64,000 bases of DNA from Gracilinanus agilis (taxonomy: Eukaryota): positions 257,101,560 to 257,165,559 of the forward strand of contig NC_058133.1 in assembly GCF_016433145.1 (NCBI RefSeq), read 5' to 3'. The notes under the pieces were generated by a model. It was not told where the DNA came from, did not search any database, and saw only the letters and a program-made list of their open reading frames with translations. This document shows, in pieces, positions 49,560-61,719 of the stretch. Positions within the stretch are counted from its first letter, which is position 1. Every line of letters begins with the position of its first letter. Both the position numbers and the translations under genes were made by a program.

Positions 49560-50250
49560 TGGGTGCGCAGGATGGCCTACAACTTCCCAGCTGTCTAGGC
49601 TGGAGAAGGGCCTTAGGAGAAAGGAAGCGGCTGACCATGAGCTTCAGGGATGGTAGGGCCGTACCCTGTGGGGGCGCGGCGGCAATAGCCCGGGGTCCTC
49701 CCCGGCTACTAGGGAACACCAGCTCCGGCCCAAGCAGCGACTTCCTCCACGTGTGTCGTCGCCTTTGTGACAGACCAGCACTTCCGGGTTCTTTGGAGGA
49801 CCCCCGGGTTCATAGCTGTTTGATCTGGTGCCTGATGGAAAGAGAACCAAGATCCTGGTAGGATGGGGATGGGGATTGGGCTGGGGCAGGGGTGGCGGTG
49901 GTGAATAGGCCTAGAGCCCGGAAGGGGACCCGACCCTCTTTGGGGTGGTCGTGGTCGGGGATTGTTTGAGGCGGGGATAAGGGGGGTGGGACGGGCGTCG
50001 GGTCCTGAGGGTGAGGCTCAGGATCCGGCGGCCTCCAGAACAGCCCAAGCCTCAAGGTGTGGGAGGGGGTGGGGCGCTCATTCAACAATCGCCCGAGGCT
50101 GGGGCTTAGACCTACCCTGGTGTCCCGTGAGTCCCTCATTCAGCCAGAGTTGTGGGCTTCGGTCTAGGTGGACCCCCTGGCCTACAATATACCCTCCTAT
50201 GCGGGCAGGTTTTGGGTTTCCTGGTCGCACAAGTGGACTCCCACAGTAGG
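49560..50250 (-). promoter_or_regulatory. CpG island / VARS1 promoter and non-coding first exon(s)
   Basis: The only markedly CpG-rich stretch in the window. ETS/GABP ACTTCCGG at 49780-49787, E-box CACGTG at 49748-49753, minus-strand donors AGG|gtacgg (49665) and AGG|gtaggt (50116). Exon 2 acceptor at 48902. Confidence 0.75.
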
Positions 50251-50919
50251 GAAAATTATTAAGTAAAGCTCAAGCATTCAAATCAGTAAGAATTCATTAA
50301 GTGCCTAACATGAGACACTTTAGGGATACAACTACAAAAAAAGAAGATATTATATTCAAAATAAGTGCACAGCGATGGGGGAGTGGTGGGAGGGGAGCAG
50401 CACTACCAGAGAATCAGAGAGGTCTCTTGAAGAATCCAGTGCTTGAGCTGAGACACTTAAAGGGAGTTTGGTGGAAAGTCGAGAAGAGAGGTCATCTCTA
50501 CCAAGATGAGGGGCATCTAGTGCAAAAGTATTGAGCGGCTCCAGCGGGGAATGACCAGGAACATCAGCTAGCGCAGTTTGAAATGCTGAGTGCATGGGGG
50601 TGGAAATAATGTGTTAAGCATGGCAGAAAGGAGTTGTTACCAGATTGTGGAGGGCTTTAAATACAGGGAAAGAATTTTCTCCTACAGTTGTTGGGGAGAC
50701 ACTGGTTTCTTGAGCATCTACTCAACATATGATCCTTTAGAGTTTTCAGTTTGGCAGCTGTGTGGAAGATATACTGAAGTGAAACAGTGGATCAGGGCCA
50801 ATTAGGCTACTGTAATCATCCAGATTTTAAAAAGACTGTCTGAAAGGGAAGGGTCAAGAAGCATTTATTAAGGGACAGGTAGGTGGTTTAGTGGATAGAG
50901 AGCCAAGCCAGGAGAAAGG

Positions 50920-51495
50920 TGTGAGTGTGAAATCCCCTACTACCCCCTTTTTATGAGTATAATAGTATTAGCCTTTATGATAACACAGATAATAGTTTGC
51001 TTCTTATGAATTACAAACATTAGCTAAGAAAATACAGTTTAAGGGCGGTATCAAATCTTGCTGACAAGCTTTTTGACCTTAAGCCTGAAACCCAAAAGTT
51101 CCAAACAAGCCCACCACACTCTGTTGCAAGATCCCAAGATAGGAGGTAGAAGGGCTGCCCTTGGGTTCAAATGTATCTCTGGTGCAAATGCCAGTCATAA
51201 ATGTCATCTATCTAACTGCTGTATCCCAATTGTCAGCAGATAATAATAGACATAAAGTTACCACTCATAGTGATTTTTTTATACTTTCTGGCTTATTCAG
51301 CACTTGCACAATCTATCCATGTAAAATTTTTTGTATTCAGTCTACCTTTTAAGACAGAATGTCATCAGATTACTATGTATAAAAAAAGTCCATCTCCTTG
51401 ACCAGGGTCCAGCTTTATTGGGAAACTGGCCTCCTCTCAATAAACTTATTATTTAGCTTAAGAGTTTTGTACTGGTATGATACATTTTCACCACA
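50920..51495 (+). mobile_element. Solo LTR (ERV1-like, 576 bp) inserted into a SINE
   Basis: TGTGAGTGTGAAA...TTTTCACCACA termini, 4-bp TSD AAGG, TATAAAA at 51378, AATAAA at 51439. The SINE halves (50872-50919 and 51496-~51610) rejoin cleanly when the insert is removed. Confidence 0.85.
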
Positions 51496-51616
51496 AAGGT
51501 GATCCTGGGTTCAAATGTGGCCTCAAATACTTCCTAGCTTTATGACCCTAGGCAAGTCACTTAACACCAATCACCTAGCCCTTATGACTCTTCTGCCTTA
51601 GAAATGAAACTAAAGT

Positions 51617-51651
<35 letters not shown>

Positions 51652-52146
51652 CATCTACTATAAGGCAAAGTCATTGTTCTCAAGAAGCTGTCTTGGGGTG
51701 GGGTGTAGAGGGAGGAGACTACAGGCAAATCTCAGAGGAAGGAAGGCACTAGAGAAGCACTGGGAAAGGTTTCTTGCAGATGGTGGGACTTTAGCTAAGG
51801 CTTGAAGGAAAGGGGGGAAGCTAAGAGGCAAAGATGAGCAAGAAAAGAGTGCATGGGAGACAATCAGGGAAAATGCCAAGAGTTGGGAGGAGTGTGGTAT
51901 TCAGAACAGAAAAAAAGCCCTCATCACTAGATCACAGAATTTAGTTGTTTTTCAGTTGAGTACAACACTATGATCCTTTTTGAGGTTGTCTTGGCAAAGA
52001 TATTGGAGTGGTTTGCCATTTCGTTCTCGAGTTCATTTCACAGATGAGAAAACTGAGGCAAAAAGATTAAGTGACTTCCCCAGGGTCAAACAGCTAGAAG
52101 TGTCTGAGGCTGGATTTAAACTCAGATCTTCCTGACTCCAGACCCA

Positions 52147-55102
52147 TGTCAACCGAGTTTTTAGGAACTCCAAGTTTGCCCCTGTCCCTTGGGAAAATAC
52201 CTTAAGGGGAGTTCCGGACTGACCTTTGTCAACTTGAAATCTGGAAACCCCAAATTTGTAGCAACCTGATATAGGGTTTCAGTAATAAATGAATCATGAA
52301 GATATTAAAGATGTATTCAAATGCTGACTCTAATGAGCAAAGTGCTCATGGACCAGACTTATGGATATATTTTTTTCTTTTTTTTTTTAAACCCTTACCT
52401 TCCATCTTGGAGTCAATACTGTGTTTTGGCTCCAAGGGAGAAGAGTGGTAAGGGTAGACAGTGGGGGTCAAGTGACTTGCCCAGGGTCACACAGCCAGGA
52501 AGTGTCTTAGGCCAGACTTGAACCCAGGACCTCCTGTCTCTAGGCCTAACTCTCAATCCACTGAGCTACCCAGCTGCCGCCTTATGGATATATTTCTGAT
52601 ATTTCACATGATTGATTTCTGAATCCTTGAATTGGTTGGGTCTTAAATTTTGTGAAACTTAGAAATCAAGCTTCAACTTTTATCTGCAGTTTGAAAGCTT
52701 GCAGACTAGTTCTAAAGCTGTTTTGTAATATCAAAGACTTACATTTGCATTTGCATAAGCTGGTGCCAGGTCCTGTGGTGTCCCTGATACCTGGTGATCC
52801 ATTGTGTTATCATCTGCTCTTTTGGTTTTGTCATTAACCTGTTAAAATTTCTGATATGCTGACTGGTTTGATTCACATCCTGCAACCCCCATTCCTATAG
52901 TCCTCAATAAAATCAGTTCAGCTCAGTCATGCTCTCTCTCTGACTATCTGAGGAGGAAGAGCTGACCTGCTGAGACCATGACAAAGTTTTGTCCTTGTGT
53001 TCCTTTTCTCTCTCTCTGCTCCTTCTATGGCTTACTTTCTTTAGCCCGTAAGTTTAACCCATTACTTTCCAGCTTCCATCCACAGGAGAAGCCCAGGGCT
53101 GGAGCCTTCCCTTTTGTATCCATTGTAAAGCATCAGCCTCTCCCTAATAATCCTGTCTTGGACTTCTCTTTTCCCAGTAACCATAGTAAAGCCAATCATT
53201 CATACTTCCCTGTCTTCAGTTCACCGGGAGGTATATAAGTTCCCCAAATTCTATTATGCTTCAGAGGACGATCTGGCATGGTTATCCTCTCAGAATGGCA
53301 GACTCTGTGGTGGTCAATATAGACACTTTCTCTTTCCTGAGTAAAGATTTGGTATTTTTGACTACTTTAGTGGTTCTGTTTTTTTTCCAAGCTAACACCC
53401 TGTTTGACTGAACAATAGAACTTAATGTACTGTCAACTGGAAATCTAGAAACCCCCAAGTTTAGTTAGCTTGAAACCTGGAGACCCCAAGTTCGCCCATT
53501 CCCCTGAAAATTTGCCTTGAAGTTTGTGGAAAGCCATTGAGAGAAATAGGGTCCATAATAAGCATTTTTATAAGGATCCCATCAAAGTTGATGTAGTTGA
53601 CAGGGTCATACATTGACTCCCTTCAATCTGAAAGGATCTGGTCAGGTGATGGATGGGGTATCTGAGATAAAAAGCAGGACCCCTCCCAATGGCTCCCTTT
53701 TATTATTGAAAACATATCAATTTAATTTTCTAAAGTCACTCCAATTTAAAAGAAAAGGGAGAGATGTTGGAAGCCACTCAGAGAAATAAGGTCTGTTAGT
53801 ATAATCTATGGACCCCATCAGGACCAGTGTAGTTTGCAAAGTCTCTATGCTGGTTTCTGTGAACTGAAAATCAGGTCCCAAAACCTTTGGCCCCTCTCTA
53901 TGGCTCCTTTTATTATTGAAAACATATCAATCTAAATTCTCTAAGACAGCTTTAAGTTCTATAGAAAGCATTTAAAGTACTCTATAGTAAACTAGCACTT
54001 AGTGAGTTAACAGCCTTTTTTCACTCAGCAGAGTAAAATTGCAGCTGTAGGTATACCTCTAACTGCTCCAGGCATCCCAAGATCACAGAGTGGCAAGTTC
54101 AGGCAAAATTCCACTTTTAGATAAATTGAGGCTCATTTTTAACCTTGGGACTTTTTCTCATCCCGCATTATCTTCATGAGAAAATTCTTTGTAAAACTAT
54201 ATACCAATGATGAGGTAATTCTGTGTCTGTGCAGCTGTGAAACTTCTTTGGGCTTTGAGTGAAAAGGGGTTTTTTGAACACTGTATATAATAAAATCTCA
54301 AGTTCATTGCCAGGCGAAGGAGCAGCCATAAACTGACTTACAGAAGGTCTCCAGTTTCATTATTTCTCACCTAAACTGTCCCCTTATCAGATTCTTGGAG
54401 CTGTTGGATAGCTTTCAACAGAGGTTGTTCTGACTCACCATATCAAACTGAATCATAGACCTTAAAAGCATTTGATTTAACCAGTTTAGGTGGAGTTAGC
54501 CAACCTAAGAATATGCTAAATACCCTTTTTGTCCTTGTAGTTTCTCCCATTGAGTCAAAGCCCTTTCCCAAGTTAGCCCAGCCCTTATCAGGAAGTTTCC
54601 CTTTAGTATCCATGGTAAGTAGTCCACTCCCTGACACTCTAGACTTCGGCTATGGTTCCTTTCCCAAGAATGTATCCTCTCAGTGTAGTTTGGACACTCC
54701 CATTTCCTTGTAGCCATAGTAATGGCAATCAATCATATTTCCCTGTCCCTCAGTTCCCCAAATTCTTTTGTTCCTCAGAGACATTATTTAGCATGGTGAT
54801 TTCTCCCAGGGATACCTCCCTAAAGTCCTAGGGTGTAGACCCTTAAAAGTTTTTAGTGCCGGGCTCTGTGAAGTGGCTGAATATTGGACCTATCCCTTTC
54901 CTAATCTGCTTTTTTCTGACTACTTTCATAGTTATATGTTATTTCCAAGTTAACAGTACTTAATGATCCCAGTTTAGATAGGACTAGTATCTATAATCAA
55001 ATCTTAAGTACCTTTTTTCTCTTAGAAGTTTCTCCCATTGTGTCAAAGTCCTCTCCAGGAAGTCCAGCCAAGGGCTGAACTCTTTCTTTAGTACACACTT
55101 CC
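52147..55102. mobile_element. Nested LTR/ERV-like block (family unresolved)
   Basis: Interrupts a Mar1-type SINE at 52146. Three related TGTCAAC...CCAAGTT/CCAAATT ends (52147, 52227, 53431), LTR-type AATAAA (52906) and TATATAA (53232), a 31-32-bp direct repeat at 53690 and 53901, and a decayed internally duplicated minus-strand coding-like region at 54450-55100. Confidence 0.5.
52373..52580 (-). mobile_element. Young SINE nested in the LTR block
   Basis: 15-bp TSD CTTATGGATATATTT (52358-52372, 52581-52595). Confidence 0.9.
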
Positions 55103-56300
55103 AGGGGCAGAACCAAGATGGCAGAGTAAACCAGAGCAGCTGTGTCACCACAGAGTATCCTTTCTGAGCAAGATTAAAGTATCACCACAAAATGAATTCA
55201 GGAATGAAAGAACCAACAAGGAGACAGGATGAAACAACTTTCAAGAAAATAAAAACCTAAAAGGTAGGCAAAAAACATCTGGGGCACTAGGATGAGAGGA
55301 GAGCAGAACCAGCAGAAGGCTCTAGGGAAGAGCAAGCCACACACCCCACATTTGCTGTCATAGGTTTGGAATCCAAGATCAAGCCAATTTTCAGATGCTG
55401 AGATCCTGCCCAGGCAAATAGTGGTACAAGCCAACTCATATCCCTTGAAATTTCAAACCTGTGGAGAAGTCCAGAGTCCCAGCCCAGGGCAGTCTGCACT
55501 GAAGTGGGTTGATCCTTGTGTAGCCAGGGTAAAGACAGGAATCCCAGTTATGGGCTTGGAATGAGGACATAGTTCACAGTTTTGGGTGAGGACACAGTTC
55601 ACAGGCCTCCTTCCCCCATCTTTTTGCCCAAAACTAAAGTCTGAGTTCCAGGAGCAATCAAGGGTGCAAAGATGTGCCTGACTGGATCAAGTACACAGTG
55701 AAACCAAAAACATTGACTCTATTTGCCTGGGGCTAAAATTTGATCAGCCCCTGACCAGGTCAAGTTCAGAGTGAGATCAAAAGCTTAAGCCCAAAACTGA
55801 GCTGAGCAAGTCTTTAAGCTATCAGCATCTTAAGGGTCAATTGAATCAGCAGGGGAAAGGGGTTCCCAGAGCTTTCATCCCTCAGCCCATTACATCATCC
55901 TCCAAGAACTGAAACTGGCAAAAACCCAGAAAATAAGCTGAGAATAACATCAAGGAAGGACTGAAGTTTAAAGAGCACCCCAACTTCCCAGAAAACAGAG
56001 CTGACCTATAATTAGATAGGAAAAATGAGCGAACAACAAAAAAAGTACCTAACTAAAGTTTTATGGAGACAAAGAGCCAAGACAGACACAGAAAGGGGAC
56101 AGTGAAAGCAAAGGAAACACACCCAAAGTCCAAAAGAAAAATACGGATTGGACACAGATTCTGGAAGAGTTCAAAAAAGACTTCAAAAACCAATTAAGAG
56201 AGGTAGAAGAAAAGTGGGGAAGACAAATGAAAGTGATTCAAGGAGAAATGAAAATGATATAAGAAATGGGCCAACTGAAAAAGGAGAACAAAGAAAGTGA
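55103..56300 (+). mobile_element. L1 5' end: 5'UTR plus start of ORF1, 3'-truncated
   Basis: Starts GGGGCAGAACCAAGATGGCAGAG (marsupial L1 5' motif). ORF1-like coiled coil from ~56025 (...ILEEFKKDFKNQLREVEEKWGRQMKVIQ), disrupted. Confidence 0.75.
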
Positions 56301-57348
56301 TACTTGAGCACAAAAGTGGATGAGATTACCAAAAGCAGCAAGGGTCCAAGTCAGAGTCCTGGGATAGGTATAAAGCACTTACTAAAGCATTATGTGCCAG
56401 GCATTGTTGCTATGCTCTAAGGATTCAAATACAAACTTGACATTTACATTCTCAAGGGGCTTACATTCTAACAAGAGAAAATATATTAGAGTTGTAATGT
56501 AATATGTAGGGGAGGGGGAGTGATATAACCATTTATTAAGTGTTCAGTCTTCTTCATTGTGTCTGACTCTGGGTTTTCTTGACAAACATACTGGAGTGAT
56601 TTGCCATTTCCTTCTCCAGTTCATTTTACAGATGAAGAAACTGAAGCAATTAAATGACTTGCCCAGGGTCACACAGCTAATGAGGTTGGATTTAAACTCA
56701 GGTCTTCCTGACTCCAGGGCCAGTGCTCTATCCACCATGCCACCTAGCTGCTCCAATATACCCCATAGCAGAGCAAAAACATGGATAAGCCTCCAAGAGA
56801 CCTAGGGTTCAAGAAGTAGAAAAGTAAGCAACAAAGCAATGTCACTGAAAAATGGGGAATTGAGTATCCAAAAGAAGGTGGTAGCCAACAGGATCAAATG
56901 TTAGAGTTCAAGTATGAAAACTGAAAAAGGGACTATTGGATTTATCCATCAAGAGATCTTTGATAACTGGAGAAAGCAGTTTTAGTCTCTAAGTCAGATT
57001 ACAAAGTGAAAACTTAATTGGAAATAATGTGTAGCCAGCTTTTTCTGAATTTGGCTGTTAAAAGGGTACTCCTTAAGGGGATAGTTTTTTAAGAATGAGG
57101 CAGACCTGGGGTTCTTTTTAGGTTGTTAGCAGAAGAGTCAGCAGATAAGATGAGGTTAAAACTAAGATAAAAAACAAGCTATAAGATGAGAAATCAAAGT
57201 CAGATGCAGAAGGTTTGGTATTGGCAAAGACACCTTTAGCTTCTGAGACTACTGGCAAAGGACAGAAGAGAGATGATACCACGCTGACATGAAGGATCTG
57301 GGAAAAAGGAGCTTTCACCACCCTAAACCAATGGCTAGATACCTGAGC

Positions 57349-59860
57349 ACAGATAACTGGGAAAAAATCTCTACAAGTTTTTCTTATGAAGGATTTATAT
57401 ACAAGATATATAAAGAACTTAAGAACTGAGTCAAATTTATAAGAACTCAAATCATTCCCCAAATGATAAATGGTCAAAGTTCAGATGAAGAAATCAAGGC
57501 TATATATCAGTGGTTCCCAAACTTTTTTGGCCTACTGCCCCCTTTCCTGAAAAAATATTACTTAGCTCCCTGGAAATTAATTTTTTTTTAATAGCAATTA
57601 ATAGGAAAGATAAATGTAACTGTAGCCATCACCGCCCCCCTGGATCGCTGCAGCACCCACCAGGTGGTGGTGGGGCCCACTTTGGGAATTACTGCTATAT
57701 ATCATCTCATGAAAAAAATACTACAAATTGCTTCTGAGGAAAGAAATACAAATTAAAACAACCTTGAAGTACCATCTTAGACCTATCAGATTGGCTAATA
57801 TGATTAAAAGGAAAATAATAAATGCTGAAGAGGATGTGGCAAAATTGTTCACTAATGCCCTGCAAGTGGAGTTGTAAACTAATCCAACCATTCTGGAGAT
57901 TGATTTGTAACTATGTCCAAAGGACTTTAAAACTATGTGTACCCTTCAAATCTAGCAATAGCACTACTTGGTCTATATCCCAAAGAGATTTTTTTAAAAG
58001 GGGAAAAAGGACCCATTTGTGCAAAAATATTTATAGCAACATTTTTTGTGGTGGCAAAGGAAAAGGATGTCCATCATTTGGGGAATGGCTGAACAAGTTG
58101 TGGTATATGATTGTAATGGACTTACTACTGAAGTATAACAAAAAATGTAAAAGATGAGCTGAGGACCTTTGTGAACTGATGCAAAGGGAAGTGAGCAGAA
58201 CCAGAACATTGTATACAGTAACAGCAATATTATACGATGAACATTTATAAATGACTTCACTATTCCTAGCAATATACCAATCCTAGAAAATCCTCTTGAA
58301 CTCATAAAAAATGCCATCTGCTTCCAGAAAAAGAACTGATAAAGTCTGAATGCAGATCAAGACATACCAAATTTCACTTTAATTTCTTCATTTTTGTTTA
58401 AGTTCTTTTTCACAAAAGGACTAATATGGAAATCTTGTTTTATACTATTACACATGTAAAATCTGTATTAGATTGCTTGCTGTCTCAGGGAGTGGAAAGG
58501 AGGAAAATTTAGCCCAAACTTTAAAGAAAATAAAGGTTAAAGTTTTTTTTCCATGTAGTTGAATTAAAAATAAAATATTAGTAAAGTAAAAAACTGATTC
58601 AAACTTAAAAGATTAAAAGCCATTCCTCATCAGACTGAACAAAAAAGATGAATAGGTAGTTTTCAGAGGAAGAAACCTCTTAGGTTTTCATCAGCCACAC
58701 TTTTTAAAATGCTTCAAATCATTACTAGAGGCAAATTTAAGAAATTCTGAAGTTCCACTCTATATAGCAGAATAAATTGAGGAGAGGAAAATGACAGATG
58801 TTGGAGGGGCTCTTGGGAAAACAGCTATATCAGTACACAGGTGATGGACTTGTGAATTGGTTCAGTCATTTTGGAAAGAAATTTGGAACTATGTCCATGA
58901 AGTTACTAAATTGAGTATTCCATTATTTGGTCCAGCTGTCACTACTTGTCTATACCCCAAGGAAATTAAAGAGGAAAAAGGTCTATGTATATATAAATAT
59001 TTAAAGCAGCTCTTTTCATGGTAGACAAAAATTGGAAACAAGTTATCCTGTATCCACTGCCATAAGAGGAACAGACAGTCTGAATGCATAATGAAACATA
59101 CAATAGCTTTCAAATTGGTATCCCTGACACCAATTTGAATCTCTCCATTCCACAATCTGTCTTCTGCATAATTAATGAACTTAAATTTCTTAGATGAAAA
59201 GTCTTACCATGTTGTTCCTCTTGCTCATGAAGCTTCAATAGTTGTCTATTACTCTTAAGATAAAATGCAAACTTCTGTTTGCCATTTAAAGCCTTTTAAA
59301 AAACTATCCTATTAGGGAAGAGCCAAACTCATTGGGGCAAATAAATATATGAGAATATTATTGTTCCATAAGAAATTATGACATGTACAATTTCAGAGGA
59401 AATTGGGAAGACTTCTGAACTGATGCAGAACTAGAACAACTTATATATGATAGCATTATAGAGAGCAACAACCTTGAAAGATTTTTAAACTCTGATCAAT
59501 GTGAGGATAAACCAGGAATCCAAATAATGAAAATGAAACACCCATTTGCCTCCTGACACTGAGAAGAGGCACTTAAAATGAAGATGGTCTCAGATACTCA
59601 CTTAACCTCCACTACCTAGCCTTTACCTTTCTTCTGCCTTTGAACCCATACTTAGTATTGATTCTAAGACAGAAGCTAAGAGTTTTAATAAAAAAATAAA
59701 GACAGGCTTACATTTCTGACATGGCTAATGTGGGAATTTGTTGATGTTTTGAAGGTTTGGTTATTTGTTTTTTTTTAATTTTTTAATTTGGGATGGACAG
59801 ACTAATTTTTAAATCACTTGTTTCTTGAAGGATAAACTAAAAATTAAAATATAATCTCTA
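57349..59860 (+). mobile_element. Tandem L1 ORF2-3'UTR fragments
   Basis: Two decayed L1 3' segments (~57349-58560 and ~58600-59860) with typical ORF2 C-terminal sequence (…CWRGCGK…LIHCWWSC…-like) and A-rich tails. Boundaries approximate. Confidence 0.7.
57508..57694. mobile_element. hAT MITE, 187 bp, inside an L1 ORF2 fragment
   Basis: TIR CAGTGGTTCCCAAA / TTTGGGAATTACTG (12/14). Perfect TSD CTATATAT (57500-57507, 57695-57702). Confidence 0.88.
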
Positions 59861-60731
59861 AAAAAAAGGGAACTTTAGACAAATAGTCTTAATTTTATCA
59901 GTGAAGTTTATGAAGAAAGCAACATCTTCTATTTACAGGGAGGAGTGGTGGTGGCTTGAGAAGAGGTTTGGAAAAACTGTTTTAGGAAATTTGATAGTTG
60001 TATCAGGAAAATTAAAAGGGCTAGCACATACCTGTGTACACCCAGTTGATACTGTTTAGGACAAATATAGTATGCTAAGATTTAACCTGAAGAGTAGCCC
60101 ATTCAACAGTCTTATGAAGGTTCCCATAATTCAACAACTAATAAGTATATAATATGTAATGTCTTGCTAGGAAAGTCATTCTCTGACTTCGTCAAGACCA
60201 TAGGACCATAAATAAAAAGCTGAAAGAGACCTCAGAAGCCTACTTCAACCTTCTCATTTGACAAATCAAGAAACTGAGTACTATGGAGAGAACTAAGTGC
60301 TTTTGCCTATGGTCACAAAGTTGGGGAGTGGGATTTGAACTCAAATCCTCTCTCTACCATACCAGGTTACTTGGAGGTAGTGGTACAATGATAAGAGCAC
60401 TAACTCTAATGTCAGAGAACCTTAGTTCGAATTCCACCTTTGCCATTTACTACCTGTTACCTTAAGCAAGTCACTTAACTTCTCTGGGCCTCAGTTTCCT
60501 CATATGTTAAAAGGAGCAGTTGAAACTGGTTGGCTCCTGAGATCCTTTCAGCTTTGTGAATTACTATTTATCTGAGGCCAAGTGGGAAAAGGGATGTAGA
60601 CAAAAAATAGCAGGGCTGGCCTGGAAAATATTCTCGTTTCTTTTGACTGCCTCCTTCCCTAGAAAGTGTAGTAATTTAAATACTCTCAACCCCATCTTGA
60701 AAGAGACAGACGATTACTCCAAGGTTGAAAT

Positions 60732-60737
60732 TTTATT
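60732..60737 (-). terminator. Probable LSM2 polyadenylation signal
   Basis: TTTATT on +, ~350 nt past the LSM2 stop. Confidence 0.5.
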
Positions 60738-61083
60738 CCCGATGCGGGACAGGTTCTTTTTACTCCCCAATTTGAGATACATCTCTACCCTGGGGAGACA
60801 GTCCCATTACCTTCCACCTACTTTTCACCTTTCCAGCAAGGAGAAAGGAATGAGGAGTTTGGGAAGAGGATAAGACAAATGCTTTGTGCAGCCCTCTTCC
60901 CCTCTCCCATATCCATCCTTCTTGTCACTACAGGAGATAACTTTCCTACACTATCACTTTTCCCAACCATTTACTGTCATTCCCCTTGTCCCTCCAAAAA
61001 AAACCCCTCACTTTAAAAAAAAAAAACAGGATTCTGAGCTGGGGTGGGGGTTGGGTTAAATGTCACACAAGTGGTAGCAGGGA

Positions 61084-61547
61084 TCACTGTTTCTGCTGCA
61101 TAGCCTCCTTCCGAGCTGCATCCTGGAGGAGCTGGGTATCAACTTCATCTGCTGGCAGCTGCACATATCTGACCACAGAGCCCCGGATAAAACAGTTCTT
61201 CACAGACAGCTAGATGGAAGGACAAAGAGAGAACCAGCCTTCACTGAGAAGCCTCTTTCCCAGACCCTGCTGTGGCCACTCCCCTTATTCACCCTCTCAC
61301 TCACCATGTGAGGATATTTCTCTGGGTCTGTAACACTGATATCTGTTAGTTTGATGTTGAGATACTGGAGAAAGGAGGAGACAGACACACCATTAACACT
61401 GAAATCAGGAACCAAGTATTTAGTTTCACCCAAGTATCTAGTTCCAATTCCTTCCTTCTATCCCTCACATTCACATTTCCCTTAGGGAATCTAATATGAG
61501 GCCCCTTCTCTCTCACCTGGTCCACAGAGTGCAGGGTCCCACAGATG
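61084..61547 (-). CDS. LSM2: U6 snRNA-associated Sm-like protein LSm2, 3'-most three exons (5' exons lie beyond the window)
   Basis: Exons 61547-61517 (ICGTLHSVDQ), 61364-61305 (YLNIKLTDISVTDPEKYPHM), 61209-61084 (LSVKNCFIRGSVVRYVQLPADEVDTQLLQDAARKEAMQQKQ*). GT-AG, near-identical to human LSM2. Confidence 0.97.
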
Positions 61548-61719
61548 CTGTGAAGGGAGAAGAAGAATTCCATTAGTTAGAACCAAACTCTTCCTGGGCA
61601 AAGCAGGATCCTTTCTACTGACTCTATATTCCAGCCAATTTCATGCCTGAATTAATACAACCCCAAATGCCCCAAAAGTACCAGACTCTGTTTCCTTTTT
61701 TGACTGGTAAATCAAGGAA

